Shown here piece by piece: positions 20,671 through 30,048 of a DNA stretch of 64,000 bases (the first letter of the stretch is position 1; the number at the start of each line of letters is the position of its first letter). The notes under the pieces were generated by a model. That model saw only the letters and a list, made by a program, of their open reading frames with translations. It had not been told where the DNA came from and ran no database searches. The stretch is taken from the IMG/VR virus record IMGVR_UViG_3300023218_000062; one strand, written 5' to 3'. Position numbers and translations under genes: made by a program. The stretch is from a virus (taxonomy: Duplodnaviria; Caudoviricetes).

Positions 20671-22231
20671 CAATTCCTTAAATTATAGGTTATACTATAT
20701 ACTCGTTAAATAAATAGGAGATTTATAAAATGTTAGCTTGGAATTTGACGGAACAAAATTTGTGTGTAGTTTTGAATGGTAAGGCTCACACAATTCCGCG
20801 TTCAACCGATCAGTTTGATGCAGTGATGGATGCGATCACTAATGGTGATGAATATAGTCTTGACCGTTTGCTGAATGCAAAGGCAAACATTGAAAGTGAA
20901 TCCGCTGGACGTATTACTTTTGATGGTTACAATCTGTATTTCAATGGTGATGAAATCTATAATGTAATTGTTAATAGATTGCATTTTCTGTGGGCTAATG
21001 GGTATCCCTACAAGCCGTTGCTTCGGGTCATGGATAATCTAATGGACAACAGTTATCGTGTTGTTAATGAATTGTATAGGCAATTTTTGGAAGCATGTGA
21101 TTTGCCTTTTACTAACGATGGACATTTCCTTGCATACAAGAAAGTTCGTAATGACTTTACCGATATTCATAGCGGTACTATTAGTAATGTAGTAGGAACT
21201 AAGGTTGAAATTCCACGTAACAAGGTAGACGAAGATTCTGAACGTACCTGTTCCTATGGATTGCATGTATGTTCCCGTAGTTATCTTCCTTGTTTCGGTA
21301 GTGGACCGGGGAACAAAGTTCTCCTTGTCAAGGTTCATCCAAAGGATGTAGTAGCGGTTCCCAAAGATTATAATAATGCCAAGATGCGTGTTTGCGCTTA
21401 TGAAGTTGTAGATGATATTTCAGATCAGTTCTATAACAAGGAAATTATTGATGAAATTGCTTGACAATTCCTTAAATTATAGGTTATACTATATACTCGT
21501 TAAATAAATAGGAGATTTATAAAATGTTAGCTTGGAATTTGACGGAACAAAATTTGTGTGTAGTTTTGAATGGTAAGGCTCACACAATTCCGCGTTCAAC
21601 CGATCAGTTTGATGCAGTGATGGATGCGATCACTAATGGTGATGAATATAGTCTTGACCGTTTGCTGAATGCAAAGGCAAACATTGAAAGTGAATCCGCT
21701 GGACGTATTACTTTTGATGGTTACAATCTGTATTTCAATGGTGATGAAATCTATAATGTAATTGTTAATAGATTGCATTTTCTGTGGGCTAATGGGTATC
21801 CCTACAAGCCGTTGCTTCGGGTCATGGATAATCTAATGGACAACAGTTATCGTGTTGTTAATGAATTGTATAGGCAATTTTTGGAAGCATGTGATTTGCC
21901 TTTTACTAACGATGGACATTTCCTTGCATACAAGAAAGTTCGTAATGACTTTACCGATATTCATAGCGGTACTATTAGTAATGTAGTAGGAACTAAGGTT
22001 GAAATTCCACGTAACAAGGTAGACGAAGATTCTGAACGTACCTGTTCCTATGGATTGCATGTATGTTCCCGTAGTTATCTTCCTTGTTTCGGTAGTGGAC
22101 CGGGGAACAAAGTTCTCCTTGTCAAGGTTCATCCAAAGGATGTAGTAGCGGTTCCCAAAGATTATAATAATGCCAAGATGCGTGTTTGCGCTTATGAAGT
22201 TGTAGATGATATTTCAGATCAGTTCTATAAC
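20644..22231 (+). repeat. tandem duplication, 2 x 794 bp (20644-21437 and 21438-22231)
   Basis: Junction sequences and translated ORFs identical at offset 794. Confidence 0.95.
20730..21464 (+). CDS. rIIB: rIIB, truncated copy ending in the rIIA C-terminal KEIIDEIA
   Basis: FLAYKKVRNDFTDIHSG, CSYGLHVCS..Y, VKVHPKDVVAVPKDYN..KMRVC. Confidence 0.85.
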   Translation: MLAWNLTEQNLCVVLNGKAHTIPRSTDQFDAVMDAITNGDEYSLDRLLNAKANIESESAGRITFDGYNLYFNGDEIYNVIVNRLHFLWANGYPYKPLLRVMDNLMDNSYRVVNELYRQFLEACDLPFTNDGHFLAYKKVRNDFTDIHSGTISNVVGTKVEIPRNKVDEDSERTCSYGLHVCSRSYLPCFGSGPGNKVLLVKVHPKDVVAVPKDYNNAKMRVCAYEVVDDISDQFYNKEIIDEIA

Positions 22232-22528
22232 GATGAAACGCTGACACCTTCGTTTTATACTGACGAATATGGTGATGTTGATGGTGATTTGGATGATGAC
22301 GATCAATTTACAGACTTGGAGGGCGCAGAGGGTGAACCAAAGCCCAACGTTGAAACCCCAAACTCTCGTGTAACTCGAAGTAAACTGAACGAACATAAGG
22401 TTAGGGGGATTAGACAGTTGCTGGCAGAGGGTATATGGCCGATTGTACGAATTGCAGATGTGTATAATGTAGATGAAGCTACAATTCGTAAGATTCGCAA
22501 CGGTGATACATGGGCTTGGGTTAAGTAA
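21524..22528 (+). CDS. rIIB: rIIB, full-length with acidic linker and C-terminal HTH
   Basis: Same core motifs plus KLNEHKVRGIR...IADVYNVDEATIRKIRNG.TW HTH. Confidence 0.92.
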   Translation: MLAWNLTEQNLCVVLNGKAHTIPRSTDQFDAVMDAITNGDEYSLDRLLNAKANIESESAGRITFDGYNLYFNGDEIYNVIVNRLHFLWANGYPYKPLLRVMDNLMDNSYRVVNELYRQFLEACDLPFTNDGHFLAYKKVRNDFTDIHSGTISNVVGTKVEIPRNKVDEDSERTCSYGLHVCSRSYLPCFGSGPGNKVLLVKVHPKDVVAVPKDYNNAKMRVCAYEVVDDISDQFYNDETLTPSFYTDEYGDVDGDLDDDDQFTDLEGAEGEPKPNVETPNSRVTRSKLNEHKVRGIRQLLAEGIWPIVRIADVYNVDEATIRKIRNGDTWAWVK

Positions 22529-22633
22529 GGTAACCAAAACAGTGGACAGTATGTAGTGTATGCCTTCTTTTGGCTTATACCATACTGTCCATTTTTTGAC
22601 ATATTTAACAATAAGGAATTATTAAATAGCATT

Positions 22634-22801
22634 ATGAACAAACTTGAACAACGTCTTGTCGAATTAACTAAGCAGTTAGCTAATGCACGTAGAGATAACG
22701 ACGAAGAATCTATTGAAGAATTAGAAGATAAGATTGAAGAGTTAGAATATGAAATTGAAGAAGAGTATAATCGACGTTATGAAACAGATTGGGATGATTG
22801 A
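22634..22801 (+). CDS. small acidic coiled-coil protein
   Basis: MNKLEQRLVELTKQL...; Glu-rich. Confidence 0.55.
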   Translation: MNKLEQRLVELTKQLANARRDNDEESIEELEDKIEELEYEIEEEYNRRYETDWDD

Positions 22802-22973
22802 CAAATCGGTAAAACTGTAGTATTCTTTATACACACTTAACAAATATGCTACCTAGAGTGGTTAATGTTGTTAGTTGGTCGAGTATCAAACACGGTATAT
22901 GCGAACATACTCGTGCTATGGTCATAAACCGTCTAGAAGACAAAGATATACAGAGTTAATAAATAAGGGATAT

Positions 22974-23051
22974 GCCGATGTAGCTCAGTTTGGCCAGAGC
23001 AGTCGCCTTGTAAGCGAAAGCGCGGGAGTTCGAATCTCTCCATCGGCACCA
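22974..23051 (+). tRNA. tRNA-Thr(UGU)
   Basis: Cloverleaf GCCGATG/CATCGGC, loop CTTGTAA, TTCGAAT, encoded CCA. Confidence 0.93.
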
Positions 23052-23073
23052 GATTAGAAATTCGCTTGTAACG

Positions 23074-23147
23074 GTCTCCTTGGTGAAATGGAATCATGGC
23101 ATCCTTACAAGTTGTAGTAGGCGGATCGTAACCGTCAGGAGACACCA
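23074..23147 (+). tRNA. tRNA-Val(UAC), atypical T-loop
   Basis: GTCTCCT/AGGAGAC acceptor, loop CTTACAA, T-loop ATCGTAA, CCA. Confidence 0.8.
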
Positions 23148-23452
23148 TTTCATCATTTGACATCATTAAAGAGTTGTGGTATGATTACCCCATAATGAAT
23201 AGACGAGATTTTAAAATGAAATATCTTAAACAAGTATCTTTCACAGATGCTGAATTGAATTATAATATATACAATTACATGGACATTCTCCAAAGAATGG
23301 TTAAACGCCTAGGTCCTGAATATAATGCACTCTGGAGAACTATTTTTTCTGACACGAGAACTTTTGAGGAAATGTTTATTCAGCGTAATAACAGAATCTC
23401 AGATCTCAGATCTCAGAAGTCCAATTGAAAAAAAAATCCTAAAGGAATTAAT

Positions 23453-23638
23453 ATGTCTAACGTGGATTTCATGTTTAATATAGACACAAATGAAAATATT
23501 ACACCCGGCGATGTTCGGAACCAATTGATTAGACATATATTTAATTTGACTGATAAAGAAATTAAACAAAAAATTAATAGTACCAAAGCAGAGGAGCCTA
23601 ATGAGGATATTTTGAATGTTTTCCAAGATAATTTGTAA
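23453..23638 (+). CDS. hypothetical protein
   Basis: 61-aa ORF with AAGGA SD. Confidence 0.5.
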   Translation: MSNVDFMFNIDTNENITPGDVRNQLIRHIFNLTDKEIKQKINSTKAEEPNEDILNVFQDNL

Positions 23639-23818
23639 ATTGTTTGGCCATAGCAACAATGTTTATAGTCAATTAATTGCAACGTATGATGGAGATATTT
23701 GCAGGGTGTCTTGCCAGAGATGCAACCAGATTCTTTTTGAAGAAGAAGTGCAAATGTAAAAACTTGACAAATTGGTATTATCATAGTATTGTACAAGTTA
23801 GAATACATATGATAGAAT

Positions 23819-24337
23819 ATGCATAAAAATTTGGTTGCAGCATTTAATGCTCCATTAAAACATTTGAAAGCAAACAAAGATTGGCAAGTAGCTAAAGTCA
23901 ATAATTTCGAAGGAGGCTGGTTTAATAAAGAGAAAACCATCAATGTTTCTGAGGCGTTATGTATAATAAGATGTCTCGAACAACATTGGGGTATATATAT
24001 TACACCTATATTTCCAGAATATGAATGGGATAATCTAGGTGAAGCTTGGTCAATAAGCCATAAATGTGCTGCAATAAATGTTTCGGCCAAGCATATTTAC
24101 CCTTCGACTATCATTCATGAGATTTCACATGGTATAGTAGAATGTGCTAAGCAGTTCCATTATAATGGAAATAAAATAAAGGATCCCGGACATGGGCCAT
24201 TGTGGACCGGGGTATACGCATATAATATTATGAAGATTTTAAAAAAAGATATCACTGGTCCCATGGGACTGTATAAAATTAAACAAGTGCCTCAAGATCA
24301 TATTATTGAATTCAGAGAATATTTTAAAAAAGCATAA
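23819..24337 (+). CDS. SprT-like zinc metallopeptidase
   Basis: IIHEISHG (HExxH) and downstream GHGPLW. Confidence 0.65.
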   Translation: MHKNLVAAFNAPLKHLKANKDWQVAKVNNFEGGWFNKEKTINVSEALCIIRCLEQHWGIYITPIFPEYEWDNLGEAWSISHKCAAINVSAKHIYPSTIIHEISHGIVECAKQFHYNGNKIKDPGHGPLWTGVYAYNIMKILKKDITGPMGLYKIKQVPQDHIIEFREYFKKA

Positions 24338-24375
24338 TCTCTGATATAATACATCACCACAAAGGAGTTCACACT

Positions 24376-24636
24376 ATGAAAGCAAAAAAAATGGATTATA
24401 GCATTGAGAAGAAGACAACTCAGATAGGTAAACTGGGTATGCTAACTACTAGCATTATCAAATATAACGATGGTGTTTCTGAATTATCTCAGGCGTTGAC
24501 TTTTATTGGCCAGAACGGTAATATTCATGAAATTACGTCTGCATCCGGTAACATGTTGTTTGGTACATCCAATGATTTGGTGGAACTTGAAACTCTTGTA
24601 GAGTGGATCGCCGAACATTCTATTAGAAATAATTGA
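24376..24636 (+). CDS. hypothetical protein
   Basis: AAGGAG SD, promoter upstream. Confidence 0.65.
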   Translation: MKAKKMDYSIEKKTTQIGKLGMLTTSIIKYNDGVSELSQALTFIGQNGNIHEITSASGNMLFGTSNDLVELETLVEWIAEHSIRNN

Positions 24637-24654
24637 CAATGATATTATACGATT

Positions 24655-24930
24655 ATGGTACAACTAATATACGATATAGCAAATAATCCGTATTCACCCT
24701 TCGTATTGGTATTTGGGTTAATTTTTGTAATACCTTCGATATTGAAAATAGCGATTAGTACGATACCAGAGTTGATTATGGATTATACTGGTATATTTAC
24801 ATTAATATTATTGCCATCATATATGATAGTATCATTTATATTTATTTCCCTTGCAATTATCGTAGGGCTCATGAATGCAATCATTATTATGTTTTCGTTT
24901 ATGGAAATTATGTTTAAAATTTTCGGATGA
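24655..24930 (+). CDS. membrane protein
   Basis: 2-3 hydrophobic segments. Confidence 0.55.
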   Translation: MVQLIYDIANNPYSPFVLVFGLIFVIPSILKIAISTIPELIMDYTGIFTLILLPSYMIVSFIFISLAIIVGLMNAIIIMFSFMEIMFKIFG

Positions 24931-25547
24931 TTAACTTACTTGGGAAAGTTCCTCAGAAAATTGGAGTGGCTGTATCAGGTGGAATCGATTCTATGGTTGC
25001 TCTAGATTTCTTGCTCAAGGGAAAAAGAGATATTATTGTGGTGCATGTGAATCATGGTACTGAACATTCTCCCTATGCATTAGAATTCGTAAAAGAACAA
25101 TCTATGTATAGAGGATTAGAGTTTTGTACAAATGTAGATGGTAAATATGATTTTCATGTATCGAATAATAAAGAAGAGACATGGAGAAATTTACGTTATA
25201 CATTTTTGGAAAGCTTCAATATTCCGATTGTTACTGCTCATCATTTAGATGATTGTTTGGAAACATGGTTATTTTCTACATTTAACGGAAAGCCTAAAAC
25301 AATTCAATATAACCGAGCAAATGTGATTCGGCCATTTTTGTTAACTAAAAAGCAAGCAATCGTTGACTATGCTAATACACATGAGGTAGAATATATTAAT
25401 GATCCATCGAATAATGATTGTAATTATATGCGTAATCAAATACGACACAGCATCGTCCCGGAGGTATTGAAAGTGAATCCGGGTATTCATAAAATGATAT
25501 ACAGAATGGTAAAGGATCGTTATGATAGAATTCATCGGACAGCATAG
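24927..25547 (+). CDS. tilS: TilS-like PP-loop ATPase (catalytic N-terminal domain only)
   Basis: AVSGGIDSM, VHVNHG, WRNLRYTFL, TAHHLDDCLET, IRPFL, DPSN...YMRNQIRH. Confidence 0.85.
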   Translation: MINLLGKVPQKIGVAVSGGIDSMVALDFLLKGKRDIIVVHVNHGTEHSPYALEFVKEQSMYRGLEFCTNVDGKYDFHVSNNKEETWRNLRYTFLESFNIPIVTAHHLDDCLETWLFSTFNGKPKTIQYNRANVIRPFLLTKKQAIVDYANTHEVEYINDPSNNDCNYMRNQIRHSIVPEVLKVNPGIHKMIYRMVKDRYDRIHRTA

Positions 25548-25797
25548 CATTATAGCAATAATAGGAATGTCGGTGCTAGGGTTCTTGTTGTATGTTGTAT
25601 CGGCGGCATTTGAAAAAACCGCATCCAGCGGGGCTTTAGTAATATATTTCTATGTATTGTTTCTGATAGGCATCGGTTTGGGTGTTAATTTTTATCTAGG
25701 AGAAGAATATGTAAAACTAACTGCAACCGGATTTATTACAGCTATCATGTTTTACCGTATGTTATTTAACATAAGAGAAGTGGTGGATAGTAATTGA
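25522..25797 (+). CDS. membrane protein
   Basis: Three hydrophobic segments. Confidence 0.55.
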   Translation: MIEFIGQHSIIAIIGMSVLGFLLYVVSAAFEKTASSGALVIYFYVLFLIGIGLGVNFYLGEEYVKLTATGFITAIMFYRMLFNIREVVDSN

Positions 25798-25990
25798 CAT
25801 CAGTAACTAATTTTGATAATATCTGCTGAACACACAAAAGGAACGATCAAATGACCGAATTACCTGAAAATTCTTAATTGACAATAATGAAATTGAATAT
25901 TATAATGATGGCCAGCTTAAGAAATTGGATGGGTTAGAACTGCAATGGTTTGAAAAAGTTTGACATCAGTAACTAATTTTGATAATATCT
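25794..25990 (+). repeat. 31-bp promoter duplicated (25794-25824, 25960-25990) around a gene remnant
   Basis: TTGACATCAGTAACTAATTTTGATAATATCT identical in both copies. Confidence 0.85.
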
Positions 25991-26015
25991 ATTGAACATA
26001 CAAAGGAGTGAACAA

Positions 26016-26393
26016 ATGAACAAGATTGAAAATCCTAGACGTCTAACTCGCGACGGAAAGCGAATTCATATTATTCATGATCGTAGTGATTGTGTCAGTT
26101 ATGGATATGTAGTAGACCCTGACGAAACCGGCCGCAATCTCCATGTTCGTGTGGCCCGCGCAATCTGTTCGAATCAAGATAATTTTAACAAGAAAGTCGC
26201 CAATAGTATTCTCAGAACTCGTCTCAATACTGGCATTAAAGGCTCTAACGAGCATCGTATGTTTGAGGCTACGATTGCCATGCCTCAGCCGTCCGATTCT
26301 AGAGAATGGAGAGAATTGGATCAGACGGTTGTAAATCTTGCTGATCTCAGGCTTACTGCGCCTGATGAGATTAGATGGGCACACGAAGCTTGA
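26016..26393 (+). CDS. hypothetical protein
   Basis: AAGGAG SD; ARAICSNQDNFNKKVA motif. Confidence 0.7.
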   Translation: MNKIENPRRLTRDGKRIHIIHDRSDCVSYGYVVDPDETGRNLHVRVARAICSNQDNFNKKVANSILRTRLNTGIKGSNEHRMFEATIAMPQPSDSREWRELDQTVVNLADLRLTAPDEIRWAHEA

Positions 26394-26800
26394 CAAAATT
26401 TCAAAAAGATGGTGAAACCCTAGTAGCAATATACAGGCAGTATGATGGATACCCGGAAGTTGTTGGTAAAGAAATTTTTAATTTTTTGAATAGCATTACT
26501 ATGGTAAATGGTATTCCCTGTAATGGTAATGATGGAGTACGATATGCTAATGGTGTTGGATGTCTAGCTGCACAGTTCATTGCAGATAATAAGTATGGTG
26601 CTGGTGGATTGTATATAACTGGCCCAGAGGATAGTCAGGAATTTAATTATACCATTAATTATCCTATTAAAGGTATGGGGTATGGTGATCCTATCATTAC
26701 AGTTGATGGGGAATATGAAGATTTGTTTTTCTCTGGTTCAATAGAAGAGTTCAAGAATTTTATTGATTCTTTTTCAAACGAAGAGAATGAAGTAGCATAG
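26375..26800 (+). CDS. conserved phage hypothetical protein (MGTRS...YRQYDGYP family)
   Basis: Motif recognition. Confidence 0.75.
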   Translation: MGTRSLTKFQKDGETLVAIYRQYDGYPEVVGKEIFNFLNSITMVNGIPCNGNDGVRYANGVGCLAAQFIADNKYGAGGLYITGPEDSQEFNYTINYPIKGMGYGDPIITVDGEYEDLFFSGSIEEFKNFIDSFSNEENEVA

Positions 26801-26984
26801 ATGGTTTTATCAGAAACAAAGGTTCTCCTGTAATGAATCGAGAACCATTAGAAAAATGCTTCAATAAAATTCGGGAAAAGTAGAAAAGTATTGGTATGAT
26901 AGTAATTAATATATGTTAAGAAAATGTAATTATGAAAATCGAGAATAATATCTTGACAAAGTTTCTAAATGGTGTAGAATGATT

Positions 26985-27170
26985 ATAAGTTCAATAGAGG
27001 TTTGTAAAGAAGGAACGCCAATGTCTGCTACAAACTGAAATTAAACGAAAAATGTACCTAGCGTAAAAATACGTGAAAATGGATAGCGGTCTAGGACCAC
27101 GGTACTAGTTTACAAGAAAGGATTTGGTTGTCTGAGTATTAAACGAAATCTTATAAACACTAGGTCACCA
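26985..27170 (+). ncRNA. candidate structured RNA ending in a tRNA-like acceptor stem with ACCA
   Basis: TTGACA-17-TAGAAT promoter ~26954-26980; stems TTTGTA/TACAAA, CCTAG/CTAGG; GATTTGG(27121)/CTAGGTC-ACCA(27170). Confidence 0.4.
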
Positions 27171-27175
27171 ATTTG

Positions 27176-27254
27176 GGGTCCGTAGTTTAATCAGGTCAAA
27201 ACACATCCCTCATAAGGATCGAGACTGTTGGTTCAAATCCAACCGGACCCACCA
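27176..27254 (+). tRNA. tRNA with CAU anticodon (Met or Ile2 unresolved)
   Basis: GGGTCCG/CGGACCC, loop CTCATAA, TTCAAAT, CCA; G1-C72 pair argues against fMet. Confidence 0.88.
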
Positions 27255-27633
27255 ATTAAAGACACTTGTTCAATTTGATAATACTCAATGTATATTAAGG
27301 TGACAGACCTTGAAGTATTTGTTAATATAAACATGTAGGCAATTCCGCTTACTTTACCTTAAACTTTTTTTAATGGAGCATGAATGTTTTACAATTTTGG
27401 AAAACCCCGATGATCTTGGGGGTGGATAATTTCTATTGGAATTGGTGTTGCTGCCGTACAGAAACACAATGATAGTATAAAAATATTTTTAGAAAATATT
27501 AATAAAGAAAGGGCTTGACACTTTTTCCGATATAGGATATACTCTTTCACATGGTAGATATGTGTTACGGATGGCCTGTTCTTGGGTACAAAGTTTTCAT
27601 AGAAGAATAAACTATATTTAACACTTATTAAAA

Positions 27634-28056
27634 ATGAGTAAAAAAATGAGTAAAAAAATGGTAAGTCGTATTTTCAAATTTCCATATAACGAAAAAGAGT
27701 TACATCAAATAACCCTTGAATCTATGGAAAATGACATAACTGCCTTTATTAATGAAATTATGTATGCTTTCGGTATACCAGTGACATGTCAATGGGATCA
27801 CGAGGATAATGCAATTCTATATGATTTGAATACCGAAGCAAAATCATACCTGCATATCAAATATTACTTTTCATCTAATCATTGGGAAGGGCTTGGAAGA
27901 TATAATAAAGTTTTTGAATTATATTCTTTGATGGATGTTCTTGTGGCAGTATCAGAGTGGTTGCATGGAAGAGAATTCATCAATCAACAATGGCGTAATG
28001 CTTTAATTTATTATGGAATTCGTATGAAATTCGTTGACAATCTCATAAATTTTTGA
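27634..28056 (+). CDS. hypothetical protein
   Basis: 140-aa ORF, 12-bp duplication at start. Confidence 0.65.
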   Translation: MSKKMSKKMVSRIFKFPYNEKELHQITLESMENDITAFINEIMYAFGIPVTCQWDHEDNAILYDLNTEAKSYLHIKYYFSSNHWEGLGRYNKVFELYSLMDVLVAVSEWLHGREFINQQWRNALIYYGIRMKFVDNLINF

Positions 28057-28118
28057 TATATTATTTTAATCTGGAAATTGTCTTGACAAGTCAGAGAAAC
28101 ATTGTATAATGTAATTGA

Positions 28119-28407
28119 GAATATTTTGAGAAGGTGGGCTTAGAAGCAGCCATCCTTTAAAGAGTGGGACCGATGCCCCTTGCTGACGTAATGTAAATGC
28201 GTAAACGGTACCATCAATAGCGCATTGAAACCGAAACAACTTCTGAAGACCGATCATCTTCATGTTGTGTAGGGAGTTGGGTGGGGGAGGTACCGAGTTG
28301 GGACAGTAAGAACCTTGGAATTGACCGAGGCATGTCATGAGTAGGATTGGTAAAAGTCATACCCTACCATTACCATCCCTTTGGCGTGATAGCACACTCA
28401 AATATTT
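28119..28407 (+). ncRNA. 23S rRNA H43-H44 (uL11-binding domain) mimic split by a 218-nt insert
   Basis: Own TTGACA-16-TATAAT promoter (28083-28110); 41/49 identity to E. coli 23S nt 1056-1104 (recalled sequence) after removing 28166-28383; closing stem TTGAG/CTCAA. Confidence 0.8.
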
Positions 28408-28418
28408 ATTTTAGATAA

Positions 28419-28817
28419 ATGGTGAGAATATTGAAAAATATTGTATACAATGCAATTCAAACACCTGATGGGACCATTCTTGAGTCTCGTCATCGCCATG
28501 ATTATGTAGCATATACTGACCAAAATGGTTATGAATATATGGTGGATGGTGGAACAGCTTATCTTCGTAGAGGATGGACACCTGATGCTCCTGATTATAA
28601 CGAATTGTCGTTAACCATTGATGATCCTCATGGGAAAGTTCGTGAACATGTTAAATGGGGAACATATGGTCCTAATGGAGATCAACCATTAAAATTTGTG
28701 ACGATTAAAGACATGTCAACGGATCATATCAACGCATGTTTGGAGAATGTTCCTAGTATGTCTGATAAAATTCGTACTGTGATGGAAAATGAATTGGAGT
28801 ACAGAAATGAAATCTGA
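28419..28817 (+). CDS. conserved phage hypothetical protein
   Basis: NAIQTPDGTILESRHRHDY...MVDGG..YLRR motif. Confidence 0.75.
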   Translation: MVRILKNIVYNAIQTPDGTILESRHRHDYVAYTDQNGYEYMVDGGTAYLRRGWTPDAPDYNELSLTIDDPHGKVREHVKWGTYGPNGDQPLKFVTIKDMSTDHINACLENVPSMSDKIRTVMENELEYRNEI

Positions 28818-29028
28818 AAAGAAAAAAATGCGTATGTTACCTAATGGTAAGTTAACTGATGATATATATGAATATCTAGATAGTTGGCAAGAGCTTTGCT
28901 CTGCTGTAGAGAATAAAGGATTTAATGTAATTAGTTTCGATCCGGGGATGACAATCGGAGACAAGGATAATCCTCACGTAACATGCAGTATACCTCTTTC
29001 TATTGTGGAAAAGTTTCTTGACAATTGA
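28807..29028 (+). CDS. hypothetical protein
   Basis: GGAG SD, coupled to the upstream gene. Confidence 0.6.
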   Translation: MKSEKKKMRMLPNGKLTDDIYEYLDSWQELCSAVENKGFNVISFDPGMTIGDKDNPHVTCSIPLSIVEKFLDN

Positions 29029-29472
29029 CAGGATACTTTCTTAAAGATTAATATACAGGAGAAAGCACAATGAAAATAGTTGGAACCATACCAACGGAAT
29101 TAGAAATAACTGATCGTGAGGTAGAGCCTCTTATGGTTAATATTGCCACAGAATATTATTAAATACTTTTATGGGCTAGCGAGTCTATTCCAAAGTTAGT
29201 GATAAAGTTGGCAAAATGTGAACTTGAACTAGCTAATAAAAACCGTATTGAAAATGAATGACCAGCAGGTCAGAGTTGGAAAGATTTAGGAAATTCAAGT
29301 AAACAAATATTCGTGCGCAGAGCATGTGAAACGGTTGAAATTGATCCAGAAAAATATATTAAGTTACTAACTAATCATACACCAGATCGCATTCTGGAAG
29401 AGCTTCATTGGTGAATTGTACGTTAGAGTATTGACACTTTTACTAAATAGTGGTATCATTATTTTATTAATT

Positions 29473-29549
29473 ACCCGGATAGCCCAATTGGCAGAGGCGT
29501 TTGACTTAGAATCAAAATGTTGGGGGTTCGACTCCCTCTCCGGGTACCA
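29473..29549 (+). tRNA. tRNA-Leu(UAG), short variable loop
   Basis: ACCCGGA/TCCGGGT, TTTGA-CTTAGAA-TCAAA, CCA. Confidence 0.9.
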
Positions 29550-29556
29550 GATTTTT

Positions 29557-29633
29557 GCGGATGTGACGGAATTGGCATACGTGTCAGATTCAAAATCTGA
29601 ATTTTGTGGGTTCGAGTCCCACCCTCCGCACCA
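29557..29633 (+). tRNA. tRNA-Leu(CAA), short variable loop
   Basis: TCAGA-TTCAAAA-TCTGA, TTCGAGT, CCA; one acceptor-stem mismatch. Confidence 0.85.
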
Positions 29634-29641
29634 ACATCAAC

Positions 29642-29719
29642 GGACAGGTAGAGAATTGGCATATCGGCTGGACTTAAAATCCGGTGTCATTGTGGGTTCG
29701 AGTCCCACCCTGCCCACCA
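29642..29719 (+). tRNA. tRNA-Leu(UAA)
   Basis: CTGGA-CTTAAAA-TCCGG, TTCGAGT, CCA. Confidence 0.88.
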
Positions 29720-30048
29720 TTTCTTAATATATGGAATTTAAATATGTTAACTTTAACTCAAAATACTCATAGAAAAATTGAAACGTGCATGGACGAAGCT
29801 TATACCAAGGTTATTGAGCTTCTTGCAGAAGAAGCGTAAGACTCTTAAATGGTATATCAGTAATACTGGGCGAGAGAGGTGAGTATTACATAGATTCTAT
29901 TGTAGATTATATTCCAAGTGATAACTCTGTTTATGTGGGTGTCTGTTCTGATATTTACCTGGAATTTTTCAATGAATTTGACCTAGTAGATGGACCATAA
30001 TTAATATGGGACTTTTGCTATAAATATCATTTAAATAAAGGCGCTCTT

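Noticed and set aside
22847-22925. Additional tRNA upstream of tRNA-Thr
   Set aside because: D-loop-like GAGTGGTTAA is present, but no closable acceptor stem or T-loop.
28166-28383. Definite group I intron call for the insert in the rRNA mimic
   Set aside because: U/G boundaries fit, but the P1 guide pairing has mismatches and no canonical P4 or P7 (GACUA/UAGUC) core was found; left open.
28119-28407. rRNA gene
   Set aside because: Only ~50 nt match 23S; no other rRNA sequence flanks it.
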